From assembly GCA_016204045.1 (NCBI GenBank), contig JACQLQ010000001.1, forward strand, positions 106,766 to 170,765: a stretch of 64,000 nucleotides of DNA. The letters are read 5' to 3'. This stretch comes from Parcubacteria group bacterium. Its GTDB lineage: Bacteria > Patescibacteriota > Minisyncoccia > Phycocordibacterales > UBA2135. The position numbers and the translations under genes were made by a program. The notes under the pieces are model-generated. The model had not been told where the DNA came from and made no database searches. It saw only the letters and a list, made by a program, of their open reading frames with translations. Shown piece by piece: positions 16,574 through 26,840 of this stretch; positions within the stretch are counted from its first letter, which is position 1, and each line of letters starts with the position of its first letter.

Positions 16574-17710
16574 ATGCAAACTGTTGAGGTCAAACCACTC
16601 GATAATTCTGAAGTGGAAATCACCGTAGAGATTGCTACAGAAGAATTTGAAAAGCACCGGGCAAAAGCATTGAAAACGCTTGGTCTACACGTCGAGATTT
16701 CTGGGTTTAGAAAGGGTCATGTACCGGACGATGTGCTCTTGAAGCACGTTGGAGAGGGGACCATCTTAGAGGAGATGGCCGAGCGAACCATTAACGAGTG
16801 GTACCCAAAGATTATTATCGAAAAGAATATACACGCGATTGGTCAACCGTCGATTACGATAACAAAGCTCGCGACTGGCAATCCTCTCGGTTTTAAAGCA
16901 AAGACTGCCGTAGTACCAGAGGTTGCTCTCCCCGACTACAAGCGACTCGGAGAAGATATTCGCAAAGAGCCAACAGAGGCAATCATCGTGACTGATGAGG
17001 AGGTGGAAAAGGCTATTCAGCAGATACAGGAGAACTTTGCGCGGCACGACGCGCACGCACATGACGAAGCCGAGGGGGGCGAAAATGGTCCCATGCTTTT
17101 AGGCGCGGATGGTAAGCCTATAAAAAAAGAGGAAAAGAAACTTCCAGAACTCACGGATGACTGGGTGAAGAAATTGGGGAAGTTTGAGAACGTTCAAGGT
17201 TTCAAAAACAAAATACGCCAGAATCTTGAGGAAGAGAAGCGTGGACGCGAGAAGGAAAAACAGCGCGCCAAACTCGTCGAGAAACTTCTAGAAAAGACGA
17301 GCGCAACCCTCCCGGAAATTTTGATTGGGCACGAACAAGACCGCATGCTCGCCCAGTTCAAGGACCATATTGCGCTCGCGGGAATGCAGCCAGACGAATA
17401 CTTCAAAAAGGCGGGCAAGAGGGAGGTGGACATTAGAGAAGAAATGCACGCGGAAGCACTCAAGCGAGTGAAAACGCAACTTGTGCTCGCCAAAATTGCG
17501 GAGGCAGAGAAACTTGTCGCCGCGAAAGACGACATCGAGAAAGAGGTAACGCGTCTTCGTGAATACTATCAAGGGGCGCCAGAGGAGAACATTCGCTCCT
17601 ACGTCGAGAATATTCTCATCAACGAGAAACTCTTTGAGACGCTGTTGGGGGGTGCGCCCGAAAACGAGGAGCCTTCCCAGGACAATGCAACAAAAAACAC
17701 TGATGCCTAA
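16574..17710 (+). CDS. tig: Trigger factor
   Basis: GFRKGHVP ribosome-binding motif; C-terminal chaperone domain; near clpP. Confidence 0.93.
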   Translation: MQTVEVKPLDNSEVEITVEIATEEFEKHRAKALKTLGLHVEISGFRKGHVPDDVLLKHVGEGTILEEMAERTINEWYPKIIIEKNIHAIGQPSITITKLATGNPLGFKAKTAVVPEVALPDYKRLGEDIRKEPTEAIIVTDEEVEKAIQQIQENFARHDAHAHDEAEGGENGPMLLGADGKPIKKEEKKLPELTDDWVKKLGKFENVQGFKNKIRQNLEEEKRGREKEKQRAKLVEKLLEKTSATLPEILIGHEQDRMLAQFKDHIALAGMQPDEYFKKAGKREVDIREEMHAEALKRVKTQLVLAKIAEAEKLVAAKDDIEKEVTRLREYYQGAPEENIRSYVENILINEKLFETLLGGAPENEEPSQDNATKNTDA

Positions 17711-18033
17711 TTGGCAATCAGTGTGTGGCCGTATTCGCGTGCCATCCACCAAATAAGTAGGGCGAAAACAGGCGCGACCGCGACCAATCTTTCGATAGTA
17801 ATGGAGAATACTGGGCTCCCATCACGCACAATCCCGGCTTCGTCGTACTTTATTGGTCCGTTGATAAGGTAATCCCAAAGTTCGTCAGTCATGCCGCTCA
17901 ATTGTACCTGTTCTCGTATGTGGTGGTATCTGCGAATGAGTGCCGCAACAAACATCAGGAGAATACACGCGGCAATGAGTGAAAATAAGAGTACGATTAT
18001 TTGTAACGCCCCAAGGACTTCTGTAAAAAACAT
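17707..18033 (-). CDS. Small membrane hypothetical protein
   Basis: Two TM segments; GGAGG upstream. Confidence 0.5.
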   Translation of the reverse strand: MFFTEVLGALQIIVLLFSLIAACILLMFVAALIRRYHHIREQVQLSGMTDELWDYLINGPIKYDEAGIVRDGSPVFSITIERLVAVAPVFALLIWWMAREYGHTLIAN

Positions 18034-18143
18034 TGCGACACCTCCGCCTTCTTGCTTGACAGTAGCACATTTTATGATACAGTCAAGTCATTGTAAAACC
18101 CAAATACTACTAAGACCGAAAATACTGTATACTATTTAAACAT

Positions 18144-18740
18144 ATGAGTATCTTAATTCCCACAGTTATAGAAAAGTCCCCGTTTGGGGAGCGTGCTTAT
18201 GACATTTACTCGCGCCTCCTTCGTGAGCGCATCGTCTTTTTGGGCGGGCCCATTGACGATCATGTTGCAAATCTAGTGATAGCCCAACTTCTGTTTCTTG
18301 AGTCGGAAGACCCAAAGAAAGATATTAGTCTCTATATCAACTCACCCGGTGGTTCTGTAACTGCAACGCTCGCCATTCACGACACCATGAAGCACATTAA
18401 GCCCGATGTTGGCACAATGTGCATCGGTATCGCCGCATCGGGTGCCTCTGTCATCCTTTCGTCGGGTGCAAAGGGCAAACGCTACATCTTGCCGAATGCG
18501 GAAGTGATGATTCATCAACCGCTTGGGGGTGCCGAGGGACAGGCCTCCGACATCATCATCACCGCGAAGCACATCCTTAGTGTCAAAGAAAACCTGAACA
18601 AAATACTTGCCGAAAACACGGGTCAACCACTTGAGAGGATAGAAAAAGACGTTGACCGCGACTTCTTCATGACCGCAGATGAAGCAAAGAAGTACGGCAT
18701 CGTTGATGAGATATTAAAACCAAAGAATCACAGAAAATAA
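18144..18740 (+). CDS. clpP: ATP-dependent Clp protease proteolytic subunit
   Basis: [20 protein letters not shown] and MIHQP motifs. Confidence 0.97.
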   Translation: MSILIPTVIEKSPFGERAYDIYSRLLRERIVFLGGPIDDHVANLVIAQLLFLESEDPKKDISLYINSPGGSVTATLAIHDTMKHIKPDVGTMCIGIAASGASVILSSGAKGKRYILPNAEVMIHQPLGGAEGQASDIIITAKHILSVKENLNKILAENTGQPLERIEKDVDRDFFMTADEAKKYGIVDEILKPKNHRK

Positions 18741-18777
18741 CTAAAAAATCCTCCCAGCGGAGGATTTTTTAGTTATT
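18736..18777 (+). terminator. Intrinsic terminator after clpP
   Basis: AATAACTAAAAAATCCTCC / GGAGGATTTTTTAGTTATT. Confidence 0.75.
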
Positions 18778-18875
18778 TACCGGGGGGCTTGCCATTAAGA
18801 ATTTGACATTAACAATTTTCTATTGTAGAGTAGAAACATAGTTCTTCCGGTAGACAAGTACAAGGGGATAACCGA

Positions 18876-19337
18876 ATGGCAGCAGTGTTTGTTCTTTGTG
18901 CACGCAACGGTCCGGGTGGCCTAGAAGTTCTTTTGGGCGAAAAACTCGATGACAGGAAACAAGACCAAGGACTTACGGTTCCAACTGGGCATATCCGGGG
19001 CAAGCAGGAAAGAAAAAGTCGGGTGTTCGCAGCAACGCGCGAGCTTCGTGAAGAAACGGGTATCGCTCTTTCTCACGAAAGATTTCTTGGGTTTCGCATA
19101 AAAGGCGGTGATTACTGGTTTTGGTCCATGCTGACATGCGAAGAACCAAGGCCTGAACCAGAATTCGACCGTTTTGGACGTGCGGTATGGGGACCCGCTC
19201 GATTTTATCCGATACAGGAACTTCCAAAATTACCAATTGCCCGGTGGCACAGAAAGAAGTTGTTGAGAGCCGTGGGGCACCTTTTAGAAGAGGCATCTGT
19301 CGGAGAGATCGCTCAAATAGAGCCGCCCAAAACATGA
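18876..19337 (+). CDS. NUDIX hydrolase
   Basis: Nudix box PTGHI...AATRELREETGI. Confidence 0.75.
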   Translation: MAAVFVLCARNGPGGLEVLLGEKLDDRKQDQGLTVPTGHIRGKQERKSRVFAATRELREETGIALSHERFLGFRIKGGDYWFWSMLTCEEPRPEPEFDRFGRAVWGPARFYPIQELPKLPIARWHRKKLLRAVGHLLEEASVGEIAQIEPPKT

Positions 19338-19522
19338 GGCGGCTTTTGCTTGTAGGAAAAATACAAAAAACCAACAAAATTGGACAGATTATTTTCTGCG
19401 TGCTACGCTCAAAATATACTGATTGATTGACTTTGGATGAACGATATCTTTAGCTTTTTACCAACAAATTAAGGCGGATAAGCCCTCGCAGTTGCTCAAA
19501 GAACGGCTTTCCGCTTCGTGTC

Positions 19523-19752
19523 AGTGCTTTCAGAGAACGGTTTTCTCTTGAAACAGAACAGCTTCGAACTCTTGCCTGACGGTTCCTCATGGGAAATTTC
19601 TTCATAGCTTTTCAAAAGACCATTTCCTCTTCGGGGCGAGCACTCGTGGCCCCCAAGCATACGCGCACTCCCGTGCGCGCCTTTCCGTTTTTGTAGTCCT
19701 ACGTGAGAGAAGGACGCTCATAAGCTCGAGAATGCATAGTTCTGAAAGCACT
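19523..19752 (+). ncRNA. Putative structured RNA upstream of rny (6S RNA-like candidate)
   Basis: 12-bp perfect closing stem AGTGCTTTCAGA/TCTGAAAGCACT with nested pairings; position upstream of rny. Confidence 0.4.
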
Positions 19753-19766
19753 CATACCACATTCGT

Positions 19767-21296
19767 ATGGGTCTGAAATTATTTGTGCTTATTGCAGGTA
19801 GTGCGGGGATCGCCGGCATTCTTGTCGGCTACTTCCTCCGCTGGCTTGTGTCGCTCGGCAAACAAGGCTCAATCGAGCTTCGGGTTAAGCAGATGGAGCT
19901 GGATGCCAAAGAGAACGCAAAAACAGTGATAGCTGAAGCTGAGCGAAAAGTGCTTCAGCTGATGGAAGAACAGAAAAAGGTGGAGCGTGAGAAGACTACG
20001 GACTTCAAAAAAACAGAAGAACGCCTTGTAAAAAAGGAGGATTTTCTCGACAAGCGACAAGGGGACATAGACAAGGAAGCAGAAGCTATAAAAGCAAAAA
20101 TTGAAGAGGTAAAAGCCATCCGAGAGCAAGCATTAGCCCTTGAGGAGACAAAGAAGAAGGAGCTCGGGCGAATAGCGAACCTTTCGGTTGAAGAGGCAAA
20201 GAAAGAACTACTTGGGGTCTTGGAAAAGAACCACCAGGAGGATTTGCTCATTCGCATGCAAAAACTCGAGATCGGTGGCATGGAACAGTTTGAGAAGCGA
20301 GCAAAAGAGATTTTGGCAACGGCGATACACCGTCTCGGGAATGCTGTTCCAAACGAGGTGTTCACAACAAACATCCCAATCCCAAACGATGAAGTAAAGG
20401 GCAAGATTATTGGAAAGGAGGGGCGAAACATTCGTGCTTTTGAACGTGCCGCGGGAGTTGAGCTTATTGTCGACGACACCCCCGGGATGGTCATCATCTC
20501 TTCCTTTGACCCGCTTCGTCGTCAGATAGCTCGTATTGCGCTCGAGAATTTAATCTTGGACGGTAGAATACAGCCAGCGCGCATCGAAGAGATTGTCCAA
20601 AAAGCTCGAGAAGAAATCGGCCGCATTGTAAAGGAGAAGGGGGAGCAGGCGGCATATGAGTGTGGTGTTCACAATATGGACCCTCGGCTTATTGCCATTT
20701 TGGGACGTCTCTATTTCCGAACGAGTTATGGCCAAAACGTCCTTCAGCACTCAACTGAAATGGCGCATATTGCGGGAATGCTTGCCCAGGAACTCGGTGG
20801 AGATGTCGCCATAGCACGAGCGGGTGCATTATTTCACGATATCGGCAAGGCTGTTGACCACGAGGTCGAGGGAACCCATGTGGCGATTGGAAGGAGAATA
20901 CTCCAAAAGTTCGGGGCTGATGAACGAATCATCAAGGCGATGCAGTCACACCATGAAGAGTATCCATACGAAACACTCGAATCAATCATTGTTCAAGTAG
21001 CCGACGCCATTTCCGGCGGACGTCCCGGTGCTCGCCGTGATACAGTCGAAAATTATCTCAAGCGACTCCAGGACCTCGAAGCGATAGCAAACACCTTCCC
21101 AGGCATTGAGCGATCTTTTGCCATTCAAGCCGGACGAGAGATTCGCATTTTCGTCTACCCCGATAAAGTCTCCGATCTTGAGGCGCGCAACATGGCCCGC
21201 GAAATCGCCAAAAAAATCGAACAAGAGCTTAAATATCCCGGTGAAATCAAGGTAACCGTGATCCGCGAGACAAAAGTCATAGAATTTGCCAGATAA
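19767..21296 (+). CDS. rny: Ribonuclease Y
   Basis: TM anchor, coiled coil, KH domain (KGKIIGKEGRNIR) and HD domain (HDIGK). Confidence 0.97.
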   Translation: MGLKLFVLIAGSAGIAGILVGYFLRWLVSLGKQGSIELRVKQMELDAKENAKTVIAEAERKVLQLMEEQKKVEREKTTDFKKTEERLVKKEDFLDKRQGDIDKEAEAIKAKIEEVKAIREQALALEETKKKELGRIANLSVEEAKKELLGVLEKNHQEDLLIRMQKLEIGGMEQFEKRAKEILATAIHRLGNAVPNEVFTTNIPIPNDEVKGKIIGKEGRNIRAFERAAGVELIVDDTPGMVIISSFDPLRRQIARIALENLILDGRIQPARIEEIVQKAREEIGRIVKEKGEQAAYECGVHNMDPRLIAILGRLYFRTSYGQNVLQHSTEMAHIAGMLAQELGGDVAIARAGALFHDIGKAVDHEVEGTHVAIGRRILQKFGADERIIKAMQSHHEEYPYETLESIIVQVADAISGGRPGARRDTVENYLKRLQDLEAIANTFPGIERSFAIQAGREIRIFVYPDKVSDLEARNMAREIAKKIEQELKYPGEIKVTVIRETKVIEFAR

Positions 21297-21427
21297 TCTG
21301 CAACATACTTGTTTTTGTGTCAAAATATCCGTGTGGACACCAAAATGCTTGTTATTATTAGGCCTCCTGGCTATAATTGGGCCAGGTCATATTAAGCGGT
21401 AAGCTTTTATCAATCTAAATGTTTGTT

Positions 21428-21712
21428 ATGGCGCACAAAAACAAAAACACACTTGTCGAAAAGGTTCACGAAGTACTCGGCACCTCAAAGGCAGACGCTG
21501 AGCGAGCAGTTGATGCGGTGATCGACACTATCGTCAACGCGCTTAAGGCGGGAGAAGAGGTGTCTATCGCAGGGTTGGGTATCTTTGTTACCAAGCAGCG
21601 CGCTGCTCGCATGGCAAGAAACCCAAAGACGGGAGCACAGGTACATGTTCCCGCAACACGCGTTCCGAAGTTTAAGCCAGCAAAGGCGCTCAAGGAAGCG
21701 GTGAAGCAGTAA
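21428..21712 (+). CDS. hup: DNA-binding protein HU
   Basis: GLGIF..RAARMARNPKTG..VPKFKPAKALKEAV. Confidence 0.95.
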   Translation: MAHKNKNTLVEKVHEVLGTSKADAERAVDAVIDTIVNALKAGEEVSIAGLGIFVTKQRAARMARNPKTGAQVHVPATRVPKFKPAKALKEAVKQ

Positions 21713-21778
21713 ACTAGAAAGGTAATTAAAAGAAAACACTCGCCTAGGCGAGTGTTTTCTTTTGGATTTGGGACGCTA

Positions 21779-22126
21779 TTACAGATTTCCGAGCTCTGCT
21801 TCGATTTGTTGTAGTTCTGTGTCTAGGCCACCAAGTTCAGTTCCGCTCAAGTCTGCTTCTATGGCGGTTATCTCATCGGACGTACCCTGACTCTCAAGAG
21901 CTTCTTGTACTGGGTCTACTGCGCCGAGGATTGCTTCTTCAGTTGGGGGAGGGGTTAAGGATTCCTGTTCCACCAACTTCTTTCCCCAGAAATAGAGGCC
22001 GCCAAGGACGAGGACAAGGACGACGATAACGATGCCAATGGTTGCCCCTACTCCACCCCGCCTTCCACTCGAGGACGGGACAGGAGTTGGGGTACCGCTT
22101 TGAGGAGTATACATTTCTTCTGCCAT
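21779..22126 (-). CDS. Single-pass membrane hypothetical protein
   Basis: TM helix followed by acidic tail TSDEITAIEADL. Confidence 0.7.
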   Translation of the reverse strand: MAEEMYTPQSGTPTPVPSSSGRRGGVGATIGIVIVVLVLVLGGLYFWGKKLVEQESLTPPPTEEAILGAVDPVQEALESQGTSDEITAIEADLSGTELGGLDTELQQIEAELGNL

Positions 22127-22156
22127 GGAAAAGTATTGTTGATTAGTTATTAAAAC

Positions 22157-23176
22157 CTATTCTTCTTCTGTCTCAACTCTGTCATCTGCCTTTAGGGCGC
22201 TAATGGCTTCTATCAATGCTTTGTGCGCCATTTGTATTGCCTCAACGGCTTCCTCTTGTATCCTTTTCTTCAGTTCTCCAAAGAGTTCGCGAGCGGTAGA
22301 ACCCTCTTCTGCAAGAGTGGGAACTTCTTCTCGAAGTGTTTTCAGAATTGTTCTTGCCTTTACTATCGCATCCCTTGCTTCCCCAAGTTTTTCTCGCGCC
22401 TCGCTTACGTCAACACCGCGCTCTGCGAGTTTTTCTGCGCGAGACTCGACGCGGTCGGCGAGTATTGTGAGGCGATCGAGAGCGGCGTCCAAGCGGCGGA
22501 ACATTTTTTCAAAGTATGCCTTAATTGCCGTCCTGCGTTCTTCTTGTAATTGCTCACGCTTTTCAGCACGCTCCTTTTCTTGTTCAAGACGCTTTTCCTC
22601 TTGTTCTGCTCGCTTCTTTTCTTGTTCAATGCGACGTTCGTTCTGGAGTTTCTCTCGTTCCGATTGTTCTTTGCGGAGCTTTTCTACGCGATCAGTTTCG
22701 GCGGCAGCATCGTCAGTCTTGTTTTCTCTGCGGATTACGGGAGTTGGTCCGCGCACCTCGGAGGTCCTGGTCTCTACGGCGTTTACACGTTTGATCTCTG
22801 GTATAGCGCGGACTGGGACTGGCTCTGTCCTTGCTTTTGTTTCCTCCGCCTTCTCTTCGGCGGCATTTTGCATACGCAGAAGAATCGCACGTTTTTCTTC
22901 TGCCGTGACCGACACCTCTGTCCTAACCCCCTCAACACCTTCAATCTGGGCAGATTGACGAGATGCATCAATGGCCGCCTTGGGTTTCTCCACTCGATTA
23001 AAAAGAGAAAATGCTCGTTTCTCTACTGGTTCTTCGGCGCGAACGCTTACTTCTCGAGTTTCTGTTGGGGCGGCGATTGCTGCATTGTCGGTGCCACGCT
23101 CTTGTGCCTCAGTTGTAAGTGGGGAGAGAAGCACAAGGAGGGCCATGGTCGCGATGATACTTTGTGTTGGTCGCAT
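22157..23176 (-). CDS. Secreted coiled-coil hypothetical protein
   Basis: Signal peptide; E/K/R-rich helical region; GVDVSEA. Confidence 0.7.
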   Translation of the reverse strand: MRPTQSIIATMALLVLLSPLTTEAQERGTDNAAIAAPTETREVSVRAEEPVEKRAFSLFNRVEKPKAAIDASRQSAQIEGVEGVRTEVSVTAEEKRAILLRMQNAAEEKAEETKARTEPVPVRAIPEIKRVNAVETRTSEVRGPTPVIRRENKTDDAAAETDRVEKLRKEQSEREKLQNERRIEQEKKRAEQEEKRLEQEKERAEKREQLQEERRTAIKAYFEKMFRRLDAALDRLTILADRVESRAEKLAERGVDVSEAREKLGEARDAIVKARTILKTLREEVPTLAEEGSTARELFGELKKRIQEEAVEAIQMAHKALIEAISALKADDRVETEEE

Positions 23177-23236
23177 AGATACTAAGTTAGTTAAATAGGT
23201 TACCAATAATGGATAGCATAAGTGTATCGCGGAGCT

Positions 23237-23289
23237 CTACCAAATTCAATCCCCAGTCGTTTCAGGCGACTGGGGATTGAATTTGGTAG
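23237..23289. terminator. 23-bp perfect hairpin downstream of ppa
   Basis: CTACCAAATTCAATCCCCAGTCG / CGACTGGGGATTGAATTTGGTAG. Confidence 0.6.
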
Positions 23290-23305
23290 CTATTTCGTTT
23301 TCTCT

Positions 23306-23833
23306 CTATGCAGGAAACTTGTCTTTATAGAGGGCAATTGCTCTTTCAACCACTTTCTTGGCGGCAGTTTTGTCTTGCCACTCTCCTACTTTCACTTCTT
23401 TTCCCTGGAGATCCTTGTAGACAGTAAAGAAATGTTTGATTTCAGCAAGAAGGTGTTGCTCAAGGTCTTTGAGATCAACCGTTTCTTTGAAACGAGGGTC
23501 TTTCGCTGGTACGCTCAACACTTTTGCGTCGTCTTCTCCGCCGTCAACCATGGGGAGCACGCCTATCGGGCGCACCTCAACCAATGCACCAGGAATAATC
23601 TCTTCGTGCGTCATTACCAATACATCAAGAGGATCGCCATCATCCCACAATGTTTTCGGCACAAAGCCGTAGTTTGCGGGGTAGTGCATTGGTGAGTAGA
23701 GGACGCGGTCAAACTTAATCAACCCCGTCTCTTTGTCGAGTTCGTATTTAATGCGCGAAAGCTTCGGGATTTCAATGATGACATTGAGACTATCGGGTGT
23801 GCCTGGTTCAATTGAATGCCACAAATTGCTCAT
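23306..23833 (-). CDS. ppa: Inorganic pyrophosphatase (family I)
   Basis: KYELDK, YPANYGFVP and DGDPLDVL motifs. Confidence 0.97.
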   Translation of the reverse strand: MSNLWHSIEPGTPDSLNVIIEIPKLSRIKYELDKETGLIKFDRVLYSPMHYPANYGFVPKTLWDDGDPLDVLVMTHEEIIPGALVEVRPIGVLPMVDGGEDDAKVLSVPAKDPRFKETVDLKDLEQHLLAEIKHFFTVYKDLQGKEVKVGEWQDKTAAKKVVERAIALYKDKFPA

Positions 23834-23879
23834 ACAATGAGTATATAGTATTTAGTATCTGGTATATAGTATTCCGACC

Positions 23880-25142
23880 TTACTCACTTTTCTCATTAGC
23901 TTTTGACTCCTCCTTCGTTTTCTCCGCATCCACCGTTACATCCCCCGTCTTGAGTTCTTGTTTACCCGTCGACTCCTTAATATCAATTCTCCAGCCCGTA
24001 AGACGTGCAGCCAGTCTCGCGTTTTGACCGCCCTTGCCAATCGCAAGAGAGTATTGGTCCGGGGAGACCATTATTTCTGCACGACGCTCCTCACTTTTTA
24101 GTGTTACATCAATGACATCTGCCGGCGAAAGCGCGCGTGCGATGAACTGTTCTTCTTGGGCCGCCCACTCGATGATATCGATCTTTTCCCCTCCGAGCTC
24201 GTTCATCACGGCGGTGATGCGGACGCCTCGTTGTCCGACACACGAACCGACTGGGTCTATGTGTTCATCATTTGAGGCGACAGCAACCTTGGAACGGCTC
24301 CCTGGTTCGCGAACGATACCCTTAATCTCCACTGCGCCGTTTGCGATTTCGGGGACTTCAATTTCCATTAGCTTGTGGAGAAAGCGAGGGTGCGACCGCG
24401 AAAGGCGGAGAGTAATCTCTCGTGCCCCCTCCTCGATGTCGTAAAGATATGCGCGGATCCGGTCTCCTTGGCGGAAGTACTCACCCGGGATTTGCTCATC
24501 TCGTGGCAAAACACCAGTTGTTCTTCCCAGGTCAACAAAGATGGTCCCACGCTCAATGCGTTGCACGGTCCCGTTCACAACCTCCCCGCGTCGCTTGCCG
24601 TATTCTTCAAATGCAGATGTTCGCTCTGCTTCTCTGATGCGTTGGATAATCACTTGTTTTGCAGTTTGCGCGGCGATGCGGCCGTAGTCGTCCTTGCTCT
24701 CAAGGGGGAAGATGATCTCATCTCCGATCTCCGCGTCCTTCTTCATTCTGCGCGCTTCCTCGGGGAAAAGGTGCTGTTCTGGATTGTAGCGAATTTTTGT
24801 CTCTTCTTCTGCTTCCACACCCTCGCCCGCAACCTTCGTTTCATCAAGCACTCGTCCGCGCCTTTCTGGTGTCTGCGGAAACACATCAATCTCTTCTTCT
24901 CCTTCTTCAGGCATGCGCACCTGTTCTTCGTCCACAACAGTCTTCACCTGTGAAAATTCTATAGAACCCGTGTCGGAATCAAAACGGGCACGAATAACTT
25001 GCCCACGTTTTCCGTAGTCTTTTTTGTATGCGGCGGCAAGGGCATCTTCGATTGCCGCAATAATCTTTTCTCGTGGGATACCGCGCTCTCCCTGGAGTTG
25101 GTCAAGAGCAACGTTTAACGCCTTCAAGTCAAGCATGGCCAT
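23880..25142 (-). CDS. nusA: Transcription termination/antitermination factor NusA
   Basis: GRIAAQTAKQVI, S1 and KH domains, AIGKGGQNARLA. Confidence 0.97.
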   Translation of the reverse strand: MAMLDLKALNVALDQLQGERGIPREKIIAAIEDALAAAYKKDYGKRGQVIRARFDSDTGSIEFSQVKTVVDEEQVRMPEEGEEEIDVFPQTPERRGRVLDETKVAGEGVEAEEETKIRYNPEQHLFPEEARRMKKDAEIGDEIIFPLESKDDYGRIAAQTAKQVIIQRIREAERTSAFEEYGKRRGEVVNGTVQRIERGTIFVDLGRTTGVLPRDEQIPGEYFRQGDRIRAYLYDIEEGAREITLRLSRSHPRFLHKLMEIEVPEIANGAVEIKGIVREPGSRSKVAVASNDEHIDPVGSCVGQRGVRITAVMNELGGEKIDIIEWAAQEEQFIARALSPADVIDVTLKSEERRAEIMVSPDQYSLAIGKGGQNARLAARLTGWRIDIKESTGKQELKTGDVTVDAEKTKEESKANEKSE

Positions 25143-25338
25143 AAAAATGAAACAATGATTATTAAATGAGTCCGCTTTTGGGCGGACATAGAGTATTTTT
25201 CAAGTATACCAGATACCAACCCAGTTTGTCAACAGGTTGGGTTATGCACACATTTGTTTTTAAGTATATTTCGTTCTGCGATATAATAATGATATCTCCT
25301 TTTCTCTATAGTTATTCCCTATCCCAATCCCCAACTTT

Positions 25339-25614
25339 ATGCAGCACCCCTTCGCACTCAATGAAGATGGACGAAGAAACATAGTTGCTTGGCTCATCCT
25401 TCTTGTCGTGCTCATTGTTGTCGCGTGGTATACACTCATCCGTGATAGTGTCCCTCTTCCCATCGAGACTGGCACGCTCTTTACCAAAGATGAGAAACTT
25501 CACGTTCTTCAAGCGATTTCAGAGAGGAGTCAGGACAACGGTCTTACGCGCGCTGACAAGCAAGCAATCCTCGAAAGCATCGCGCGGGACAAGGAGCGCA
25601 CTGCGCAAGAGTAG
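25339..25614 (+). CDS. Small membrane hypothetical protein
   Basis: One TM helix; short repeat LTxxE/DKxxIL. Confidence 0.55.
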   Translation: MQHPFALNEDGRRNIVAWLILLVVLIVVAWYTLIRDSVPLPIETGTLFTKDEKLHVLQAISERSQDNGLTRADKQAILESIARDKERTAQE

Positions 25615-25644
25615 GACTCTACGCACTAGAACTGCCTCTATCAT

Positions 25645-26772
25645 ATGCCCAAGACAATCTCATTCTTTATCCTTGCCCTCTTAGTAATCAGCGCAGTCGC
25701 CTTTTTGGGGGGTGCTGATACTACAAACGCTCAATCGGGCAGTATCCCGCTTAATGGGTGGGCGTGGAGCTCCAATGTCGGGTGGGTTAGTTTTAATTGC
25801 GCCACGACAGGCACATGTTCAGGTGTGAACTATGGAGTGACCGTGGATTCAAATAACGGTCAGTTTTCAGGATATGCGTGGAGTCCTACCATTGGGTGGA
25901 TTAGTTTTCGCGGGAGCGATACAACAGGCTGTCCAGCGTCTTCTTGTCAGGCAACACTCACAAACGGCGTAGTTTCTGGTTGGGCAAAAGCGCTTGCGGG
26001 GTCTGTTTCAAACGATGACTGGGATGGATGGATCAGGCTTGCCGGGTCAAATTACGGAGTAACATTAAGCGGTAGCAACTTTAGTGGATATGCATGGGGT
26101 GACGATGTTGTGGGTTGGATGAAATGGAACCCAGTCACCTACGGGGGTGTTACTTTGGCAGCAAATCCACCCACAGTGACTATGAGCGGCGATCCTCTTT
26201 CGGTGCCCGCCGGTGATACTGCGACATTGACGTGGAGTTCCACAAACGCAAATGCGTGTACGGGTACCGTGGGTACGGCTGATTGGCTTGGCGCTAAAGC
26301 GCTCTCAGGGTCTGAAGTCGTTGGCCCCGTTGATCAGACAACCACGTATACGATTGAGTGTACAGGGCTTGCAGGAAGTGATTCAAAAAGCGTCGTTATC
26401 AATGTACTTCCACCGGATTTTGCACTCACCCACACCAATGACCCAGTCCTTAATTTTGTGGGTGCCGGTAGTGATACCTCCAACCCGACGAGAATTAGGG
26501 TGACGGCACTCTATGGGTTTAGCGGTGACGTAGCACTCTCCGCATCGCCGAGTTCACTTGATGGTGAAAGTGCTACCTACACATTTGGTGATGCCACACT
26601 TTCCTCAAGTGAATACAATGCCGGTTCGTCCTTGACCATCACCCTCAATAACCCAATTTCAGAAGGAATATACACCATTACTGTTCGAGGAGAGGCGGCT
26701 GGGGGGCTTGTCCGAACAGTGAGTATCCCCGTGGAGGTCAATGTGTTTACGCCGGGCTTTGAAGAAATCTGA
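25645..26772 (+). CDS. Secreted surface protein with GW/YAWS beta repeats and Ig-like domains
   Basis: Signal peptide; repeats GWAWSSNVGWVSF, GYAWSPTIGWISF, GYAWGDDVVGW; ends PGFEEI. Confidence 0.8.
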   Translation: MPKTISFFILALLVISAVAFLGGADTTNAQSGSIPLNGWAWSSNVGWVSFNCATTGTCSGVNYGVTVDSNNGQFSGYAWSPTIGWISFRGSDTTGCPASSCQATLTNGVVSGWAKALAGSVSNDDWDGWIRLAGSNYGVTLSGSNFSGYAWGDDVVGWMKWNPVTYGGVTLAANPPTVTMSGDPLSVPAGDTATLTWSSTNANACTGTVGTADWLGAKALSGSEVVGPVDQTTTYTIECTGLAGSDSKSVVINVLPPDFALTHTNDPVLNFVGAGSDTSNPTRIRVTALYGFSGDVALSASPSSLDGESATYTFGDATLSSSEYNAGSSLTITLNNPISEGIYTITVRGEAAGGLVRTVSIPVEVNVFTPGFEEI

Positions 26773-26840
26773 GTTTTCTACGTAACGTTAAAGTTTTTAA
26801 AAATTAATTTCTAATCGCTAACAGCTAATAGTTCAATACT

